64,000 bases of DNA from Polyangiales bacterium (GTDB taxonomy: Bacteria > Myxococcota_A > Polyangia > Polyangiales > Ga0077539), in contig JBGARZ010000002.1 of assembly GCA_044229975.1 (NCBI GenBank), forward strand, positions 288,001 to 352,000, in the 5' to 3' direction. The translations under genes and the position numbers were made by a program. Positions 8,448-17,366 of the stretch are shown here, piece by piece; positions within the stretch are counted from its first letter, which is position 1, and every line of letters begins with the position of its first letter. Under the pieces are notes generated by a model. The model made no database searches, was not told the origin of the DNA, and worked only from the letters and a program-made list of their open reading frames with translations.

Positions 8448-10983
8448 AGGTGACGTAGTCCTCGCGGGCGCAGCGCTCGACGAGACCATCGAGCTTGCCG
8501 AGGCAGCGCGGCAGCGGCGGGGCAGCAACCCGCGTCGTGGGCTCACGAACCGAACGTCCGCTCGATGATTCGGTCTGCGAACCATCGGGCGAGAGCGCCG
8601 CGCGGGCGTCCTTGAGGAGCGCGTGGAGCTCGCGGCGTGCGCCGCTCCAGCGGGGGAGCACCTTGCCGAGCAGCGCGTGGTCGAGGGCCCAGCCGGGCGG
8701 CACGGCGAGCTCGTCGCGGTCGCAGCGGTCGACGAAGCGGAGCACCTCGGAGACGACGCGAAACCCGAAGGGTCGACCGTGGGTGGACATCACGGCGTGG
8801 AGGCGGTCGAGGGTGGCGCCGACGCCGTCGCGGCCCATGGCGAGCAGCATGGCGCGCGTGGGGTCGTCGTCATCGCCCGCGGAGAGGAGCGCGAGGCGCT
8901 CGGCGGGCACGGCGGGCTCCTCGGCGGGGCTCGGATCGACCCAGGCGGTGAGCAGCGCGCTCGGCGCAGCGGCGGGAAACTCCCAGAGCCAGGCGCGGTC
9001 GAGCACCTTGGGGCTGAGCGGGTGGGTGGTCTCGTCGACGTTGATGGTGGCGATGACGACCACGTTGCGACCGATGGCCACGGACGATGGTACGGCGACC
9101 GAACGATCGGCCGAGAGCACCGGGTCGACGCGGCCGTGCAGGTCGACGGGCGCCCCGCTCTCGACGGCGGAGAGCAGCTCGGCGAGGTAGTGCTCGGGGC
9201 GGGCGAGGTTCATCTCGTCGAGGATGAGGAAGTGGGCCTCGTCGGGGTGAGCCGCGGCGTGCAGCAGCACGCGCAGCGCGGGCGTGGGCTCGTAGTGGGG
9301 CGGGTCGCGGAGCACGTTGACGTAGCCGAGGAGCCCGCGGGAGTCGATCCAGTCGGGGCGCACCGAGACCACGGCGACCCGCGGCGCCGACCCCCCCGGG
9401 AGCGCGCCGGTGACGAACTGCGCGAGCCGGAGCGCGAGGCGGGTCTTGCCGGTGCCCGAGACGCCCGCGAAGACGGCGAAGGGGCGGGTGCGAAGGCCCA
9501 CGAGGACGGCTCGCAGGAGGTCGAGCTCGAAGCGCAGCCCCTCGGCCCGCAGCGATCGCTCGAAGCGCCGCGCGAGGGCCTCCAGCGTGGCGGGGCGCTG
9601 CATCGCTGGAACGATCTCCCACGCCCGCGCGAGCAGCACCTCCGCGGGCCCCGTCGACGCCGCCGGGGCGCACTGGAGGTCTCCCAATGCGCGGTGTGCC
9701 GCGAGCCAGAGCAGCGGACGAACGGCGGCGTCGGTGAGGCAGTCGTGCAACGCCGCCCACGACGGCCCGAGGAGCCCCGCGTCGAGGAGGCGCGAGGCCC
9801 CCGTCGCGGCCTGGAGCGACCACCGCGGGCGCACCCGCGACGCGACGCTGGTGGGGTCGGGTGATCCCGTCCACGGCGCCCCGACGAGGAGACCGACGAG
9901 GGCGACCGCGACGTCGCCGCTGGCGTCTCCGAGCGCGTGCGCGACGAGGGCCGACAGCACCGGCGCGTCGCCGTCGCGAAAGCTTGAGGGGACCAGGAGG
10001 TTCGCCCGGTGAACCATCGCCCCGTCGCCGTCGAGGTGACGCGCTCGCAGCCAGGACAGGAGACGGGCGCGCAGCGCGGGGTCGGCCGATCGACGGTGCT
10101 CGGCCGGGGCGCCTTCGGCGTGCGGATGGCGCTCGCTCCACCGGGCGTTGGCGACGGTCGGTGGGGAGAGCGCAGTGAATCGTTGGGGGGCGAACCACCC
10201 GGTCGTCGGGTCGTAGCACCACGCATCGGACGACGGCAGGAGGGCCGCGGGCGGGGCGTCGAGTGCGACGGCGCGCTCGTCCCAGCGCAGCGAGCGAATC
10301 GCGGCGATGGGTCCGCGCGATGGGGGCGTCGGCGCGAGCGGGAGCTTCCAGCCCAGGAGGAGCGCCCAGAAGTCCAGCAGGCGGGCGCACCGCTCGGAGG
10401 CCCAGCGGGCGAGCAGCAGTGGGGAAGGACCAGGGAGCGCGAGTCGTCCGCGCACGTCCGCGACGGCCGGGTCGTCGGAGGCGCGGAAGCGGACGGCGCC
10501 CGCGGCGACGGCGGCGATCCAGTCGAGCTCGGACAGGGCCTCGACGGATTCGCGGTGGGCGTGGAGCGTCGCGCCCGCGGCGCGGAGGGCGGCGAGCAGC
10601 GTCGGGAGCACGTCGGCCAGGTCGCGCTTGCGACGGGCGAGGTCACCGAGGCGCGGGCGGCGTCCGGCGTCTTCGCGACCGCGGGCGGAGAAGCCCGCCG
10701 TCACCACCACGTCGTCGGGGGTGAGCGCGACGACGAGCGCGGCGTCTTCGACGGCGCCGGGGGGCGCCCAGCGCACCCAGTGGGTGTCGGACGACGGATG
10801 GTTCGTGGTGCGTACCATCACCGCGAGCGGCGGGAGCAACGCCTGGATGGCAGCGGCGAGCTGTCGGACGAGCCGACGGCGCGCGGGCTTGTCCGAGGCG
10901 TCGGTCGGGTCGGGGAGCATCGGGTCCGTCGGGGGAGAGCGCTTCGACCGCACCATGGGCGCCGATGCGCGCGACGCTACCAT
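8437..10983 (-). CDS. McrB-family AAA+ GTPase with a long divergent N-terminus
   Basis: Walker A GVSGTGKT, VRPDW..LLGY, Walker B LILDEMNLA, TINVDETT..SPKVLDRA, FGFR and KVLP. Start is uncertain (10983 or 10920). Confidence 0.85.
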   Translation of the reverse strand: MVASRASAPMVRSKRSPPTDPMLPDPTDASDKPARRRLVRQLAAAIQALLPPLAVMVRTTNHPSSDTHWVRWAPPGAVEDAALVVALTPDDVVVTAGFSARGREDAGRRPRLGDLARRKRDLADVLPTLLAALRAAGATLHAHRESVEALSELDWIAAVAAGAVRFRASDDPAVADVRGRLALPGPSPLLLARWASERCARLLDFWALLLGWKLPLAPTPPSRGPIAAIRSLRWDERAVALDAPPAALLPSSDAWCYDPTTGWFAPQRFTALSPPTVANARWSERHPHAEGAPAEHRRSADPALRARLLSWLRARHLDGDGAMVHRANLLVPSSFRDGDAPVLSALVAHALGDASGDVAVALVGLLVGAPWTGSPDPTSVASRVRPRWSLQAATGASRLLDAGLLGPSWAALHDCLTDAAVRPLLWLAAHRALGDLQCAPAASTGPAEVLLARAWEIVPAMQRPATLEALARRFERSLRAEGLRFELDLLRAVLVGLRTRPFAVFAGVSGTGKTRLALRLAQFVTGALPGGSAPRVAVVSVRPDWIDSRGLLGYVNVLRDPPHYEPTPALRVLLHAAAHPDEAHFLILDEMNLARPEHYLAELLSAVESGAPVDLHGRVDPVLSADRSVAVPSSVAIGRNVVVIATINVDETTHPLSPKVLDRAWLWEFPAAAPSALLTAWVDPSPAEEPAVPAERLALLSAGDDDDPTRAMLLAMGRDGVGATLDRLHAVMSTHGRPFGFRVVSEVLRFVDRCDRDELAVPPGWALDHALLGKVLPRWSGARRELHALLKDARAALSPDGSQTESSSGRSVREPTTRVAAPPLPRCLGKLDGLVERCAREDYVTFTR

Positions 10984-11056
10984 GTGACCGGTGCGCGCCG
11001 AGCGGTGGACGTGTACGCTCGCGGCTCGCAGACCCAACGACAGGGAGAACAACTCG

Positions 11057-12145
11057 ATGAGCGGGATGGCGGCAGGATCACGGGTGATGGCCTCATGGCT
11101 CGGCGGCGGCTTCGCGCCAGGCACCGCGGTGGAGATCAACCCCGCCGCGCAACTGGTGAAGGTCCGCTTCGATGACGGCCGCGAGGCGTGGGTGAGCAAC
11201 ATGAACGTCCGCCTCGCGCCCAACGCCCCCGCAGGAGCGCCTCAGCCCATCGGCGCGCCCGTGGCCGGTGGCAACTTCGGCGCGGGAGGGTCCTTCGGCG
11301 CAGGAGGCTTCCAGCCCATGGCCGCCGGGGGCATGGTCGGAGGCAGCCCCTTGGCGGGCCTCAATCCCTTCTCGAAGCCCAGCGCCCCGGCCGCTCCGGG
11401 CGCTCCGCCCGCGGCGCCCCAGGCACCGGGTGGCGGTGGGTTTCTCGCTTCCGCGGCCGGCGCTCTCTCGGCTGGCGTCGCGCGCATCGCCACCTTTGGC
11501 GGCCCGCCCAACGCTCCGCCCGCTGCACCCGGCCAGGCGGCTCCTCCGATGCCACAGATGCAGCCGCCGCCGCAGGCGCCGGGGTTCAACCCCTTCGCCG
11601 CACAGTCGCCGCAGGCCGCCCCTCCTGCGCAGGCACCACAGGCTCAGTTCAACCCCTTCGCCGCGCAGGCCGCTCCGCCCGCCCAGGCACCTGCCGCTCC
11701 CTTCAACCCCTTCGCGGCCAACGCGCCCCCTGCCCAGGCTGCGGCTCCCGCGCAGGCGCCGTTCAACCCCTTCGCGGCGGGCCCGCCCCCGGCGCCGCCT
11801 CCCGCTGTCCAGGGCAACATCCCCGAGCCCGCCTTCAACCCCTTCGCCGCGGCCCAGCCCGCAGCCCAGGCGGCGCCTCCCGGCTTTCCGCCCACCCAGG
11901 CGATGCCCGCGATGCCGATGCCCATGGGCGCTCCCGCTGCGCCGCAGGGCAACATCCCCGAGCCGTCGTTCAACCCCTTCGCTGCGACCGCGCCCGCGGA
12001 TGCTGCCGCGCCGTTCAACCCCTTCGCGTCGGCGCCGGAGGCGCCCGCCAACGCACCGCAGGCCGCTCCCGCCGCGGCCGCCGCCGAGGCCCCGCTCCCG
12101 CCGCCGCCCGGGGAGTTCAAGCCCTTCGTCCCGTCCGGCTCCTGA
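11057..12145 (+). CDS. Tudor/SH3-like N-terminal domain plus Pro/Ala/Gln-rich tail with FNPF repeats
   Basis: GGAG RBS. N-terminus RVMASW..FAPGT..VKVRFDDGREAWV, followed by 8 NPF motifs in low-complexity sequence. Confidence 0.75.
   Translation: MSGMAAGSRVMASWLGGGFAPGTAVEINPAAQLVKVRFDDGREAWVSNMNVRLAPNAPAGAPQPIGAPVAGGNFGAGGSFGAGGFQPMAAGGMVGGSPLAGLNPFSKPSAPAAPGAPPAAPQAPGGGGFLASAAGALSAGVARIATFGGPPNAPPAAPGQAAPPMPQMQPPPQAPGFNPFAAQSPQAAPPAQAPQAQFNPFAAQAAPPAQAPAAPFNPFAANAPPAQAAAPAQAPFNPFAAGPPPAPPPAVQGNIPEPAFNPFAAAQPAAQAAPPGFPPTQAMPAMPMPMGAPAAPQGNIPEPSFNPFAATAPADAAAPFNPFASAPEAPANAPQAAPAAAAAEAPLPPPPGEFKPFVPSGS
11585..12027 (+). repeat. Dispersed coding repeat TTCAACCCCTTCGC (F-N-P-F-A), 7 copies
   Basis: Copies near 11585, 11648, 11702, 11762, 11834, 11969 and 12014. 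CAGGGCAACATCCCCGAGCC is duplicated at 11810 and 11945. Confidence 0.9.
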
Positions 12146-12191
12146 ACCCACTTCCCACCATCGGCCTCGCGCCCGAAGGAGTAACCCTGCC

Positions 12192-13691
12192 GTGACGACC
12201 TCTCCCCGGACGCTCCTCCATCACATCGGCGCGGGCGACGTCCCGTCCCACCAGGGCGACACCTTCGAGGTGCGCTCTCCCACCGACGGCTCCGTCGTGG
12301 CGGTCGTCGCGCGCGGGTCGCTGGTGGACGTCGAGCGCGCCGTCGCGGCGGCCCGCACTGCCTTCGGTCGGTGGTCCAACACACCAGCGCCTGCCCGTGG
12401 TGAGGTGCTCTTCCGCGCGGCGCAGCTCCTCGTCGAGCGACGTGACGCCATCGCGGAGGTGATGGCGAAGGAGATGGGCAAGCGGCTCGAAGAGGCGCGC
12501 GGCGACATCCAGGAGGCCATCGACACTGCCTTCTACGCGGGCAGCGAAGGACGCCGTCTCTTCGGTCGTACGGCCCCGTCCGAGCTTGGCGAGAAGATGG
12601 GCTTCACCCTCCGCCGCCCCATCGGCGTCGTCGGCGTCATCACCGCCTGGAACTTCCCCGTCGCCGTCCCGAGCTGGAAGATCCTGCCCGCGCTGGTGTG
12701 CGGCAACACCGTCGTGTGGAAGCCCGCCGAGGAGTCCCCCGCGAGCGGCGCGATGTTCGCCCAGGCGCTCTGGGACGCCGGGCTTCCGCCGGGCGTTCTC
12801 AACGTGGTCCATGGCTTCGGCGAGGAGGTCGGCGCCGCGATCGTCGAGCACCCCGACACGCGCGTCCTGACCTTCACGGGTAGCACCCCGGTGGGTCGCG
12901 CCATCGCCGAGTCGGCGGGTCGTCGACTGAAGCGTGTCTCCCTGGAGATGGGCGGGAAGAACCCCGTCATCGTGATGCCCGACGCCGACGTCACGCTCGC
13001 GCTCGACGGTGTCCTGTGGGGCGCCTTCGGCACCGCGGGCCAGCGCTGCACCGCCACCAGTCGGCTCATCGTGGTGGGCGACGCGCATGACCGGCTCGTC
13101 GACGCCCTCGTGGGGCGCGCGAAGGCGCTGCGGTTGGGCGACCCCCTCGACCCGACGACGGAGGTGGGGCCCCTCGTGAGCGAGGCGCAGCGCGCGCGGG
13201 TGCACGGATTCGTCGAGCGAGCGGCGGCGTCCGGGGCGACCGTTCGTTGCGGCGGCGCGGTGCCCACCGAGGCGGCGTTGCAGGGCGGCTGGTTCTACCC
13301 GGCGACGGTCGTCGACGACGTGGCGCGCACGAGCGAGATCGCGACGACGGAGGTGTTCGGCCCGGTGCTGTCGGTGATTCGCGCGGCGAGCTTCGACGAG
13401 GCCGTGGAGATCGCCAACGAGGTGCCCTACGGCCTGAGCTCGTCGATCTACACGCGCGACATCAACCTCGCGATGCGCGCCGTGCACCGCATCGAGGCGG
13501 GCATCACCTATGTCAACGCGCCCACCATCGGCGCCGAGGCGCACTTCCCCTTCGGCGGCGTGAAGGACACCGGCAACGGCCACCGCGAGGGCGGTTGGGC
13601 CCCGTACGAGTTCTTCACCGAGCTGAAGACCGTCTACGTCGACTACTCGGGCGCCCTGCAGCGCGCGCAGATCGACAACCGCGACGGCTGA
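12192..13691 (+). CDS. Aldehyde dehydrogenase family protein
   Basis: AAGGAG RBS then GTG. ITAWNFP, FTGS, LEMGGKN, GQRCTA, EVFGP and PFGG motifs. Confidence 0.95.
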   Translation: MTTSPRTLLHHIGAGDVPSHQGDTFEVRSPTDGSVVAVVARGSLVDVERAVAAARTAFGRWSNTPAPARGEVLFRAAQLLVERRDAIAEVMAKEMGKRLEEARGDIQEAIDTAFYAGSEGRRLFGRTAPSELGEKMGFTLRRPIGVVGVITAWNFPVAVPSWKILPALVCGNTVVWKPAEESPASGAMFAQALWDAGLPPGVLNVVHGFGEEVGAAIVEHPDTRVLTFTGSTPVGRAIAESAGRRLKRVSLEMGGKNPVIVMPDADVTLALDGVLWGAFGTAGQRCTATSRLIVVGDAHDRLVDALVGRAKALRLGDPLDPTTEVGPLVSEAQRARVHGFVERAAASGATVRCGGAVPTEAALQGGWFYPATVVDDVARTSEIATTEVFGPVLSVIRAASFDEAVEIANEVPYGLSSSIYTRDINLAMRAVHRIEAGITYVNAPTIGAEAHFPFGGVKDTGNGHREGGWAPYEFFTELKTVYVDYSGALQRAQIDNRDG

Positions 13692-13697
13692 GTCACT

Positions 13698-14651
13698 TCA
13701 CTCCACGATGATGGTGCGCTCGATGACGTCGAAGCCGCCGCGCGTGTCCTGCGCCGTGAAGAAGAAGCGCGCGGTGCCCGCGGCCGTGGGGGCCGTCCAG
13801 CGGCTGCGGATGGGGCCGTTGGGCATCACCGACGAGTCGACGCGGAAGGCGCTGTCGATGGTCCCCTTGTCGACGAAGAACCCGAACTGAAGGCGCTCGG
13901 GGGTCATCACCCGGTTGCCCTGGAGGTCGAAGGTCTGCTGGGTCTCGCGCGACCCGTCGGTCACGCGGAGCTCGATGGTGTGCTCGGGGCACGGGTCGGT
14001 CGTGCAGCGCGCCACCCGCAGCGGAGCGTCGGCGACGAGCGGGACGGCCCCTTCGCTGGTGAGCCCGCTGCGGATGAAGAGCACCTCGGTCAACGCCGGG
14101 TTGTGGTTGGGCGGGAGCGTCTCCTCGGTGCGAACGAGAATCGACCGGGTCATCACCCACGAGGCGCTCCCCTCGCCGCGACACGAGGGCTGCATGGTGG
14201 TCGGGTCGAGGGCGACGGTCCCCCCGGCGCACGCGAGGGCGATGGCCTGGATGCGCGGGCGGTTGGAGCTGTCGACGGCGTACTCGATGCGCGGCACCGG
14301 GTACTCGACGGTGGTTCCGTTGAGCACGCTGAGCCCGCCGCCGGCGCAGCCGAAGGTGGTGCCGGTGACGACGGCCTGCGGACAGATGACCCAAGTGACG
14401 CTGAGGTTGCGCGGGGTAGGCGCTGGGTCGACGTAGCTGAGCGAGAGACGGACGGTGTCACCCGGCGCGGCCTCGGTGACGCCGGGGTCGGGCGTCGGGC
14501 GGGCGGCGCGGGTGAGGTTCTCGATCTTGGCGCCGAAGAGTCGGAAGGCGCGAATCTCCCAGGCGGGGGCGAGGTCGTCGCCGCAGCCGCCCAGGAAGAG
14601 GGCTCCCACGAGGCAGGCGGCGACCCGATATCCGATGAGCTCAGTATTCAA
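13698..14651 (-). CDS. Lipoprotein co-transcribed with the TonB-dependent receptor
   Basis: Inferred TTG start overlaps the end of the receptor gene. Lipobox LFLGG-C and C-terminal WTAP..DTRGG pattern. Confidence 0.75.
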   Translation of the reverse strand: MNTELIGYRVAACLVGALFLGGCGDDLAPAWEIRAFRLFGAKIENLTRAARPTPDPGVTEAAPGDTVRLSLSYVDPAPTPRNLSVTWVICPQAVVTGTTFGCAGGGLSVLNGTTVEYPVPRIEYAVDSSNRPRIQAIALACAGGTVALDPTTMQPSCRGEGSASWVMTRSILVRTEETLPPNHNPALTEVLFIRSGLTSEGAVPLVADAPLRVARCTTDPCPEHTIELRVTDGSRETQQTFDLQGNRVMTPERLQFGFFVDKGTIDSAFRVDSSVMPNGPIRSRWTAPTAAGTARFFFTAQDTRGGFDVIERTIIVE

Positions 14652-17298
14652 AGCGCAACCCGAGGTTGGGGAAGAACGGGATTCCCGTGATCGTGGTCGA
14701 TTGGGTGTAGTTGTAGTTGTACTGAATGCCTTCGGGGTTGGCATTGTTGTAGACGTTGAGGACTTCCAGGTAGAGGTCGAGGTTGCCTCGCCGGAAGTTC
14801 CACACCTTGTCGACGCGCAGGTCGAGCTGGTGGAAGGGCGCGTTGCGCACCGAGAAGGGCACGCCGGGAATCTGCTGATAGGTCCCGCTGTCGCCGTTGT
14901 AGATCGCGCCGATGATGGGCGTCGCGGGGTTGCCGGTGACGAAGCGGAAGCGCAGGCCCACCTCCCAGCCGCGGCCGAGGCGGTAGCTGCCGATGAGCGT
15001 GAGGATGTGCGTCTGATCGAACTGGAAGATGCGGTACGCGGACTCCGGGGAGTCGCGGCGCTCGGAGCGCGAGATGGTGTACGCGAGCCACCCGAAGAAG
15101 CGCGCCGACGGCCGATGTCGGAAGAGAATCTCGGCGCCGTAGATGCGCCCGATACCCGTGTTGAGATAGGCCGGGCCCTGGACGGAGGGCTGCGCGATGA
15201 CCTGGTCGTCGAGGTCTTTGTAGAAGCCCTCGACGGAGAGGGAGAGGTATCGGGAGAAGTTGTGCTCGACGCCGAGGCCGTAGTGCACCGAGCGCTGCGT
15301 GGCGAGGAAGGGGTTGCCGACGGTGGTCGACGGGTTGAAGGAGTTGACCGCGCTCGAGCTCTGCTGCGGCTGCGGCGGCTGGTTGAAGAGACCGACGCCG
15401 CCCTTCAAGAACCAGTCGCGCACGAACTCCCACCGAAACGAGAAGCGCGGCTGCACGGCCCACGAGCGGTCGGCGTCGCGGGTGTAGTCCACGCGCAGCG
15501 AGGGGATGAGCCGCAGCCGGGGCGTCGGTGTCACCTCGAACTCGGCGTAGGCGCCCGGTCGGTAGAGCGTGTCGGCGTCCTGGGTGGAGACGCGGGCGAG
15601 GGCTTGCGGGTTGACGTTCTGCCCCTCGGTGGGCGCCCGAACACCATTGAACTGAATGGTCGCGGGGCCGCCCGTGAGGTCGAGGCCGAAGTTGCCGCGG
15701 ACGTGTCGGTTGAGCTGTGCGGTGAGCTCGTAGCGGCCCGTGATGTTGAGGAAGGTGAGGTCGAGGCCGAAGACGTCGCCGCCGCCGATGTTGATGGCGT
15801 TGCGGTTGATGGAGAACATCGCGCGGCTGGAGACGTTGGCCGAGAAGGTGTGGTCCCAGAGGAGCTGCCCGGCGTGGAAGCCGATGCCTGTGGAGAAGCT
15901 GCCAGAGAAGCGCGGCGCCGCCTCGGACGGCGTGTTGAGGATGAGCGAGAGCGAGTCGTCGGAGCCCAGAAACGCGAGGCGGATGCGATCGCGCGACGTG
16001 GGCCGGTACTCCAGCAGCGCCTGGTAGTCCCAGTAGACGGGGAGCGAGGTGAAGGACACCGCGCTGACCCCGGTGAGCACCGCCCCGAGGATGGCGTCGA
16101 TGTAGCTGCGGCGAAACGACACCGCGAAGGAGAGGTTGCGGGTGATGGCCCCCTCGGCGAACACGCTCGCGTCGATGAGGTTGAGGTTGGCGACGAAGCG
16201 GTAGCCCGTCCGGCGCGGCGAGCGCAGCCCGACGTCGACGATGCCGCCCTGGGCGCGGCCGTACCGGGCGCTGTAGTTGCCCGGGTAGAAGTCGATGCGG
16301 TCGAGGAGCTCGGTGCTGATGACCGAGGAGAGCCCGCCGAAGTGATAGACGAGCGGGATGTTGGTGCCGTCAGCGAAGATCTGCGTGTCTTGCGGGGTCG
16401 ACCCGCGGACGATGAGCAGGCCGTTGATGGCGCGCGCGACGCCGGGGAAGTTCTGCACGGCGCGGAGAGCGTCGCCGCCGGTGCCGGGCATGCGGAGAAT
16501 CTCGCGAAACTCCAACGACTGACGGGTGACCTCGCGCGGCGGGCGGCGGGCCCGCACGGTGGCCTCATCCTCCTCGGCGGCGGGCGCAGCGGCGGGGCCG
16601 GGCGTCGTCGGCGCCGCCGTCGGCGCGGGGCGCGTCGGGGTGAGACGGTAGGTGAGCGAGACGTCTTCGCGATCGGCGACGGCTTCGGTCACCTCCGTCT
16701 GGTCGTAACCGTCGGCGCGAATCGTCAGGCGGAGGTTGCCCACCACGTCGAGCTCGAAGCGAAACGCACCCGTCGCGTCGGTGGTGGCGGTGCGCGTGCT
16801 CTCGTCGGGCAGCGTGAGGGTGACCGTCGCCCCCGCGAGCGCGACGTCCCCCCTGCCCCGCACGGTCGCTCGCAGCAGCGCGTGAACGCGGGGCTGCTGG
16901 GCAGCGCGGGCCGCCGCCGCGCTGAAGCGGTAGCGGTAGCGGAGGATGGACGCGACGGGGCTGCCGTCACGACGCGCAGGCTCGAAGATGAAGTTGCGCG
17001 CGGCGGCCGTGGCCGCTTCGTCGAAGCCGTGGGACAGGGCCTGGACGACCGTGACCTGCGTGACGTGCCCCGTCGGGTCGATGGTGAGTTCGAGGAGCAC
17101 CGAGCCTTCGAGGCCCTGCGCGAGGGCCTCGGCGGGGTAGTCGGCCTGCACGAACTGGGTGAGCCGCGGAGCTGCCGTGGCGGCGGGCGCAGGCGTCGCC
17201 GGATCGGTCTGGGTGGTGGCCCCGATCTGCGCGGACGCGGGAGCCGCGGCGGCGAGGGTGGCGACGAAAACGCGAGCACGAGTCCGGCGGATCAACAC
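14641..17298 (-). CDS. TonB-dependent receptor with N-terminal TonB-C and carboxypeptidase-regulatory-like domains
   Basis: Signal peptide. TonB_C region YPAEALAQGLEGSV..FDEAA..FEPA. Plug GDALRAVQNFPGV..YHFGG..FYPGNYSARYG. Barrel FHQLDLRVDK with terminal FEY. Confidence 0.92.
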   Translation of the reverse strand: MLIRRTRARVFVATLAAAAPASAQIGATTQTDPATPAPAATAAPRLTQFVQADYPAEALAQGLEGSVLLELTIDPTGHVTQVTVVQALSHGFDEAATAAARNFIFEPARRDGSPVASILRYRYRFSAAAARAAQQPRVHALLRATVRGRGDVALAGATVTLTLPDESTRTATTDATGAFRFELDVVGNLRLTIRADGYDQTEVTEAVADREDVSLTYRLTPTRPAPTAAPTTPGPAAAPAAEEDEATVRARRPPREVTRQSLEFREILRMPGTGGDALRAVQNFPGVARAINGLLIVRGSTPQDTQIFADGTNIPLVYHFGGLSSVISTELLDRIDFYPGNYSARYGRAQGGIVDVGLRSPRRTGYRFVANLNLIDASVFAEGAITRNLSFAVSFRRSYIDAILGAVLTGVSAVSFTSLPVYWDYQALLEYRPTSRDRIRLAFLGSDDSLSLILNTPSEAAPRFSGSFSTGIGFHAGQLLWDHTFSANVSSRAMFSINRNAINIGGGDVFGLDLTFLNITGRYELTAQLNRHVRGNFGLDLTGGPATIQFNGVRAPTEGQNVNPQALARVSTQDADTLYRPGAYAEFEVTPTPRLRLIPSLRVDYTRDADRSWAVQPRFSFRWEFVRDWFLKGGVGLFNQPPQPQQSSSAVNSFNPSTTVGNPFLATQRSVHYGLGVEHNFSRYLSLSVEGFYKDLDDQVIAQPSVQGPAYLNTGIGRIYGAEILFRHRPSARFFGWLAYTISRSERRDSPESAYRIFQFDQTHILTLIGSYRLGRGWEVGLRFRFVTGNPATPIIGAIYNGDSGTYQQIPGVPFSVRNAPFHQLDLRVDKVWNFRRGNLDLYLEVLNVYNNANPEGIQYNYNYTQSTTITGIPFFPNLGLRFEY

Positions 17299-17312
17299 GT
17301 CGCCTCGGTAGA

Positions 17313-17331
17313 TGCATCGGGACACGATGCA
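17313..17331. promoter_or_regulatory. Inverted repeat upstream of the receptor operon
   Basis: TGCATCG-N5-CGATGCA, 14 nt upstream of the inferred GTG start. Confidence 0.35.
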
Positions 17332-17366
17332 GTTGCAAGCTCTTCGCGCTGCGGCGGCAGAGCCGC

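Noticed and set aside
11585..12027. FNPF DNA repeats as a CRISPR array
   Set aside because: The repeats are only 14 bp, irregularly spaced and in frame within a CDS. No cas genes are present.
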